DNA of 64,000 bases from Promethearchaeota archaeon (lineage in GTDB: Archaea; Asgardarchaeota; Lokiarchaeia; Sigyniarchaeales; SOKP01). Positions 59,010 through 64,000 of this stretch are shown piece by piece. A model generated the notes under the pieces. It was not told the DNA's origin, did not search any database, and saw only the letters and a program-made list of their open reading frames with translations. The stretch covers positions 64,001 to 128,000 of the forward strand of contig JBHLOY010000003.1 of assembly GCA_048939995.1 (NCBI GenBank), in the 5' to 3' direction. The number at the start of each line of letters is the position of its first letter. Positions within the stretch are counted from its first letter, which is position 1. Made by a program: the position numbers and the translations under genes.

Positions 59010-61082
59010 ATGTCTAATAGATTAACTTTAAGAATTTCTGTAATCTTATTAGCTCTTGGTATTGGTTTAATACCACCAGCATATTTAATCAGTGGATACA
59101 TGCGAGATCAAGTTGATGCTGAGATTCCTAGCACTTTTTTAACAATTAGACAAGGATTTGCTAACTATTTAGAAGCAAACTTTATCGGTCTTGGAATACC
59201 AGATGTATTAAATGAAATTAGAATGTCCAACACAAGAATTCCTTCCCTTGAGAGGCTGACAATCTATGATTTCTTATATATGGTCGACACGATTCCGCAT
59301 TTTCTGCAAGAGATAAAAAATAATATGATAGAAAAGTTCCCATCGATGATTAACGGATCTCGAACTGCTCAATTTATAAATAACACTATATTTGCTGTAA
59401 TGAATGAAACTGCATTATCAGAAGGACAAGTGAGAGTTTTATTCTTTAATGACTACTTATTTGAAGATAATCATGAAAATGCTTCAATAGAGGGCATTTC
59501 GGAATATGGATTAGGCATTGCTTCTCTCAACTACTCAACACTAGCTCGAACTAGAATATTAGATGGTTATGGTATTTATCCAGGTTTACTTACAGATATA
59601 ATTTATGGGGGAGGAGTTATAGATTGGTTAGATTTTTATGATTTAGCGGAAGCTAATATTGGTAATAATCGGACTGAAATGGAATCGGCATATAATTGTA
59701 CATGGAGTTCTGGACAATTACAAAACGTATCACAATATATAAGAAATTATATGTGGGATACTATAATTAAAGCTATGTACTTTCCCAAAACAATTGAAAC
59801 ATATGGAATGGAAATGTTTTACGGACAATGGGCAAATTTTAGCTTTTATGAGGATCATGTTAATTTTAGGCCCTTTCTTGATCCATTAACAACAAGTCTT
59901 CGCGGGTTTGAAATAGCACAAATTATAAGTAATAATCCAGTCCCTTCTGGGATTTCTTTAACTGTTTGTGAGAATTTATGGGACGTATCAAACCCATTAT
60001 CATTTGTTAACCAAAGTGGTTTAATAAAATGGTTTCAAGCGTCTAATTCATCGTATGCATTATATGACCAAAGACTTACTGAATTAAATTCAACTTTTGG
60101 ATTAACTCTTGAACAATTTCAGAGTATCACTACTTGGTTATTCGATCTCGAGACGACATGGAGTCTAAGATTTGTTGTTATAAGTGTTCTTATTCAATTA
60201 CCTAAACCTTTTGGCTTTCAAACATTTCCAATAGTTCATAGAGACAATGTATTTTATGAGCAATGGGCAAATGGTACAGTAGTAAAGGGTGGGCTTAATC
60301 TCAATTTAGCTAGTAACTTAAAAGGATATGAAGCAGGAGTTCCTACTAGAACGAATATCTCAAGAACGATAGCCAAAGCATTCTTCAATGTCAATAACAT
60401 ATCTAGTTTTATGAGTAAAATTGGTATTTTTAAGTGGGTGCAAGCACAACAAGGAAATATATCAGCTCAAAATGAATTAATGAATACATTTGATTTAAGT
60501 ACATCTCAATTGAATTTGCTTCTTAACTGGCTCTTTGTCACATTCAGAGACAATTTGGTTCCTTATTTCGTTTTATCATTAGTAGGAAAAACTTTAAATC
60601 AACTTGCTTTTGACGAATACCCTCGTCAATGGGGTTATGGAACATATAATGAGAGTAGTATAGATCTTACAGATTATGCATCTACAGGATTTAGCTATTT
60701 AGGATGGGAACTCGGCATTCCAACAGACATCACTCTAAATCTCACTCAAACTACTGCTCTATTGGATGTTTCAAATAGTCTATCATTTGCAAATCGCAAA
60801 GGAATATCAAAATGGCTGAGATCAGTGGAAATACAAGAATATTACAATGAAATCATACAAGCTTTCAGTATAACCAACACAGAATATACTCAGATCTATA
60901 ATTATATCATGTATGTAAAAGAAAATTATGTAATCCCATTACTGATTCAAGAATCTATCTTCCAAATGGATCCATATACAATAAGTGAATTGTACCAAAC
61001 AGGAATCCTCATTGGAGCTATAATTATTATTGCTGCTGGTATTATATTTGGTGTCTTAGATTTTCTAAAGAAAAAACGCTAA
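59010..61082 (+). CDS. large surface protein with N- and C-terminal TM helices and four ~130-aa internal repeats
   Basis: ATG at 59010 (MSNRLTLR); repeats QW(A/G)...G(F/Y/W)E...SF...G(L/I)xKW...F.L...Q...WL; many N-x-S/T; C-terminal TM plus KKKR. Confidence 0.8.
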   Translation: MSNRLTLRISVILLALGIGLIPPAYLISGYMRDQVDAEIPSTFLTIRQGFANYLEANFIGLGIPDVLNEIRMSNTRIPSLERLTIYDFLYMVDTIPHFLQEIKNNMIEKFPSMINGSRTAQFINNTIFAVMNETALSEGQVRVLFFNDYLFEDNHENASIEGISEYGLGIASLNYSTLARTRILDGYGIYPGLLTDIIYGGGVIDWLDFYDLAEANIGNNRTEMESAYNCTWSSGQLQNVSQYIRNYMWDTIIKAMYFPKTIETYGMEMFYGQWANFSFYEDHVNFRPFLDPLTTSLRGFEIAQIISNNPVPSGISLTVCENLWDVSNPLSFVNQSGLIKWFQASNSSYALYDQRLTELNSTFGLTLEQFQSITTWLFDLETTWSLRFVVISVLIQLPKPFGFQTFPIVHRDNVFYEQWANGTVVKGGLNLNLASNLKGYEAGVPTRTNISRTIAKAFFNVNNISSFMSKIGIFKWVQAQQGNISAQNELMNTFDLSTSQLNLLLNWLFVTFRDNLVPYFVLSLVGKTLNQLAFDEYPRQWGYGTYNESSIDLTDYASTGFSYLGWELGIPTDITLNLTQTTALLDVSNSLSFANRKGISKWLRSVEIQEYYNEIIQAFSITNTEYTQIYNYIMYVKENYVIPLLIQESIFQMDPYTISELYQTGILIGAIIIIAAGIIFGVLDFLKKKR

Positions 61083-61145
61083 ATCACCAAAAGAATTGCA
61101 GCTAATTTTTATTTTTTTCAAATTTTAGAATTTAATAAAAAAGAC

Positions 61146-62417
61146 TTAATTTATATTAATATCATACTTTCTAAATACTTTCTCAAGTGCTTCACTTGCT
61201 AATTCTCTCAATACATTTCCCAGAGGAGCTAAAACCTCATCTTTCGAGGTTCGACGATTTTTACTAATTCGACCCTCCTTTACTTCAAAACTATTTTGTG
61301 CCCAGCTATATTCGTCATTGAATGTAAACCAGACATCCTTATAGGCATTTTCCTGACCTCCATCTCTAGCTAATGGCTTCTCCTCAACTGGAACATCAGG
61401 ATCCTGCAAATAGCACCAATCTAGCACAACCCACTCGAGCTTTCTTGGAGATTCCGGCCGATCTGCCAAATATATACAATAAGAATGACCACCTAATTCT
61501 GAATCAGATGGGGCAACAACAGGGTCAGCCATAACCTGAGCAGCACATACTTTTACTCTCCATGATGGAATTCCAGCATTGATTAATAAGCTTGCTATTA
61601 AAATAGAGCCATCTTCACAATCTCCAATTTCAGATTGAATAGTTTCAAATGGAAATTGCCAATATTCCGGACATTCAGAGGTAATATCATCATAAGTATA
61701 TTTAAGAAATTCACTTACAAATTTCTGACATACCCAAGCAGTTTCATTAGGCGTATTTCTTCTCAATTGAAGCTTATATATGACATGTTGGAGAATAGAA
61801 TCATTCTTTTTAATAAATGACTTAACATCAACATCAATTTCTTTCTTATAATGCTCTCCCCTTAAGGCTCTCCCCGTATAAATAATGTGTGCTCTCTCCC
61901 ATTTACTGTTCCAATAATCTTGACCAAATTCACCATAATTTTTTTCTTCAAACGGAATGACTTCAAGAGGTACATTGGGGGTAATAATTTCTGGTGTATC
62001 CTTTTCTTTTTCTTTACTTTTACTTTGTCTAGAGAATGCTTTCGCTTTACTTATCCAACTTTCTATTTCTTTTTGGGAAGGAATTTTCGTTAAAAGATTT
62101 GAATTTTCTTTTTTTAATTGCTTAAGTTTTTCTAATAAACTTTTGGCATTTCTTCCAGCAAACTCTTTAACAGAATCCACACCACTTAAATTTAGAGCGT
62201 TTGCTATTTTAGGATTAATTCCTTCAATACGCATGAGATCAGCATGTTCTTGCCAGGTATCTAACAAGTTTACCGTAACTCCGATTTTTCGAGCCAATTT
62301 TCTAATTTGATTTGGACTAAGTGGTATAAGGTCTTCCACAGTCATAATACCTTCTTTTTTTAGAAGCTTTGCATGTTTTTCTTCTAAAGAAATAATTTCA
62401 ACTAAATTCAATATCAT
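61146..62417 (-). CDS. DUF4332 (HhH-like) plus transglutaminase-like cysteine protease fusion
   Basis: ADLMRIEGI...GVDSVKE...WI; GDCED, GGHSY, VLDW triad. Confidence 0.82.
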   Translation of the reverse strand: MILNLVEIISLEEKHAKLLKKEGIMTVEDLIPLSPNQIRKLARKIGVTVNLLDTWQEHADLMRIEGINPKIANALNLSGVDSVKEFAGRNAKSLLEKLKQLKKENSNLLTKIPSQKEIESWISKAKAFSRQSKSKEKEKDTPEIITPNVPLEVIPFEEKNYGEFGQDYWNSKWERAHIIYTGRALRGEHYKKEIDVDVKSFIKKNDSILQHVIYKLQLRRNTPNETAWVCQKFVSEFLKYTYDDITSECPEYWQFPFETIQSEIGDCEDGSILIASLLINAGIPSWRVKVCAAQVMADPVVAPSDSELGGHSYCIYLADRPESPRKLEWVVLDWCYLQDPDVPVEEKPLARDGGQENAYKDVWFTFNDEYSWAQNSFEVKEGRISKNRRTSKDEVLAPLGNVLRELASEALEKVFRKYDININ

Positions 62418-62720
62418 AACCCTTTCATTTATTTTAATAAAAATTGGTAGAATAATATATAATTTTTTCCAAATTTATATATTCATATATGAAATCACAA
62501 TTAAATGGTTGTCTCAAAAATGGTTTAATTAACTTTTGGACTCCTAATTTAATTATGAAGAAAATTAACTAAACTTAATAAGATTTAATATTTTCTAAAT
62601 ATAAAGATTTAAATTCAAGCTAAAATTTTTCAATATTACTACAAAAGCTTGTAGAAACTTAATATATCTTATGGTTAAATACATCTAACTAAATATCTCA
62701 ATAGAACCGTTTGATTAATA

Positions 62721-62869
62721 GGCGGGATTACCGAGATTACTCAAGAGCTTCTCTTACATCGGGAATCTGGTCAATGGTCGCGTCTAAAAATGGGTCAAGA
62801 CCGATTATAGGTGCTGGACTTAAGATCCAGTGGCAAAGGCCTTCGGGAGTTCAAATCTCCCTCCCGCCA
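62721..62869 (+). tRNA. tRNA-Leu(UAA) with two non-canonical D-arm introns (about 62736-62765 and 62775-62808)
   Basis: Acceptor GGCGGGA/TCCCGCC+A; anticodon arm CTGGA-CTTAAGA-TCCAG; long variable arm; T arm GGGAG-TTCAAAT-CTCCC; removing 30 and 34 nt gives an 85-nt Leu tRNA. Confidence 0.88.
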
Positions 62870-62995
62870 TTATTTTCCAATTTTTATTAAAAGACAAGTA
62901 TTTAAAAGGAAATATTAAGTAAAAATAAATAAATAATGACATGATATTAAATTTATAATATAAGAAATAATTACATTAATAACGAGGTTTTTAAT

Positions 62996-63373
62996 TTGCC
63001 AGTTGGGATTCTTATTATTCGATGGGATAATGAAATTGGACCAATAAATGAAGGTTTTTATCCGGAAAATTTGAAAATAACTAATAATCTCCTCACACAA
63101 GTCTACTCATCACATAGATATCAGAGTTTAAAACCGGGATTTGCAAGTATCGCTCTTAAAAATAATAAGGTTGTTTCTTTTTTTTCAGGAGTTGGTACAG
63201 ATCATATTAGTGTTGAAAATTATGTTGTTGCACTCTTACTCAGAAGAGATGAGAAACCCAACAAATACCGGGAAATTTTGAAAACTATAGCTGCTGAAAT
63301 CCTAGATAAAATACCTGATGGGAAATTCAAAAAAGTTTTACCTGACTTGTATAAAGATTTAGCTAAAATATAA
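62996..63373 (+). CDS. longin/uDENN-like domain protein
   Basis: GILIIRWDNEIGPINEGFYP N-terminal motif, YVVALLL strand, C-terminal helices. Confidence 0.65.
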   Translation: MPVGILIIRWDNEIGPINEGFYPENLKITNNLLTQVYSSHRYQSLKPGFASIALKNNKVVSFFSGVGTDHISVENYVVALLLRRDEKPNKYREILKTIAAEILDKIPDGKFKKVLPDLYKDLAKI

Positions 63374-63382
63374 AATAAAATA

Positions 63383-64000
63383 TTAACTTATTTGAGCTTT
63401 TTTTAATGAAATCTTTCCATTTTCATCTAATTCAATAAGGTCTACGTCCTTTAGCTTTTGCACTAACTTTCTAACTAGTACAATTGGAGAACCAAGGGCA
63501 TTTCTTAGATCTTCTATACTCATAGAACCAACTTTTTCAATTATTAAAAAGGATTTGAACTGAGCTTCCTGCTCCATTAAATCAGTGAGTTTATCGAAAT
63601 AAACTATCTTTTTCATATTTTCATTTTTAAATGTATCAACTTCGTCAACTCTTTCTTGTAATTGCCTAATTAATGTTTCTGCATTTCTCTTTTCATCGCG
63701 TAATTGTTCTACTTTATTAATTAGTTCTTCATATTTTTGGTGAATCTCTTCAAATCGAGATTTTACATCTTTTGCTTCAGAGGTCGCTTCTGTTGATACT
63801 AACTTAAAATCTAAAAGAAACTTATCCAATTCTGCAATTTTTGTTGTTAATTCTTTTTTTTCTTCGAAATGCTCTTTTTTCAATTTTTCTATCTCATTCT
63901 TCCACTTTTGATCCATATCAGACAAAAGTTTTACTTGTTCATCTTGTAATTTATCTGCAAAAGCTTGAATTTCTTGAACCATATTTTCAAGGTTTTTAAC
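63383..64000 (-). CDS. coiled-coil protein with C-terminal winged helix; probably 5'-truncated by the window edge
   Basis: Frame open to 64000; heptads, then SMSIEDLRNALG...VRKLVQKLKDVDLIELDENGKI. Confidence 0.75.
   Translation of the reverse strand, partial: VKNLENMVQEIQAFADKLQDEQVKLLSDMDQKWKNEIEKLKKEHFEEKKELTTKIAELDKFLLDFKLVSTEATSEAKDVKSRFEEIHQKYEELINKVEQLRDEKRNAETLIRQLQERVDEVDTFKNENMKKIVYFDKLTDLMEQEAQFKSFLIIEKVGSMSIEDLRNALGSPIVLVRKLVQKLKDVDLIELDENGKISLKKAQIS

Noticed and set aside
1-64000. Selenoprotein TGA read-through or SECIS elements
   Set aside because: The TGA-terminated genes checked appear complete at their family C-termini, and no selenoprotein family was recognised
1-64000. CRISPR array, IS element, integrase or provirus
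   Set aside because: No regularly spaced repeats, transposase, integrase or viral genes seen, and no duplicated tRNA 3' end (att site) was noticed

Overview
AT-rich archaeal chromosomal segment, most consistent with an Asgard archaeon (Lokiarchaeia-like). This is inferred from archaeal markers (SepCysS, tRNA-intron endonuclease, PINA ATPase, Sm-L37e pair, archaeal tRNA-Leu with BHB intron) occurring together with eukaryotic-signature-type genes (actin-family protein, Ubl ending GG-L, roadblock, two longin-like proteins). It holds about 63 protein-coding genes, one tRNA-Leu(UAA) and at least one pseudogene. I found no CRISPR array, rRNA, transposase or integrase. Most notable: (1) an actin-family protein with a ~130-aa double zinc-ribbon insertion and substituted catalytic residues; (2) tRNA-Leu(UAA) interrupted twice in the D-arm, plus an EndA homolog lacking the catalytic His; (3) dispersed candidates for a Ubl conjugation system (pro-Ubl GG-L, E1-like ThiF without the usual Cys, UFL1/DDRGK1-like tandem winged-helix scaffold); (4) SIRT6-like and SSUH2-like proteins; (5) a double-anchored four-repeat surface protein behind a perfect inverted repeat; (6) an Ltp3/Ltp4-DUF35 aldolase-type operon; (7) a thrC-HTH fusion that appears to need an ATT start; (8) an LRR/PIP-box gene broken by an in-frame TAG. 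Family assignments come from motif recognition by eye; no database searches were run.
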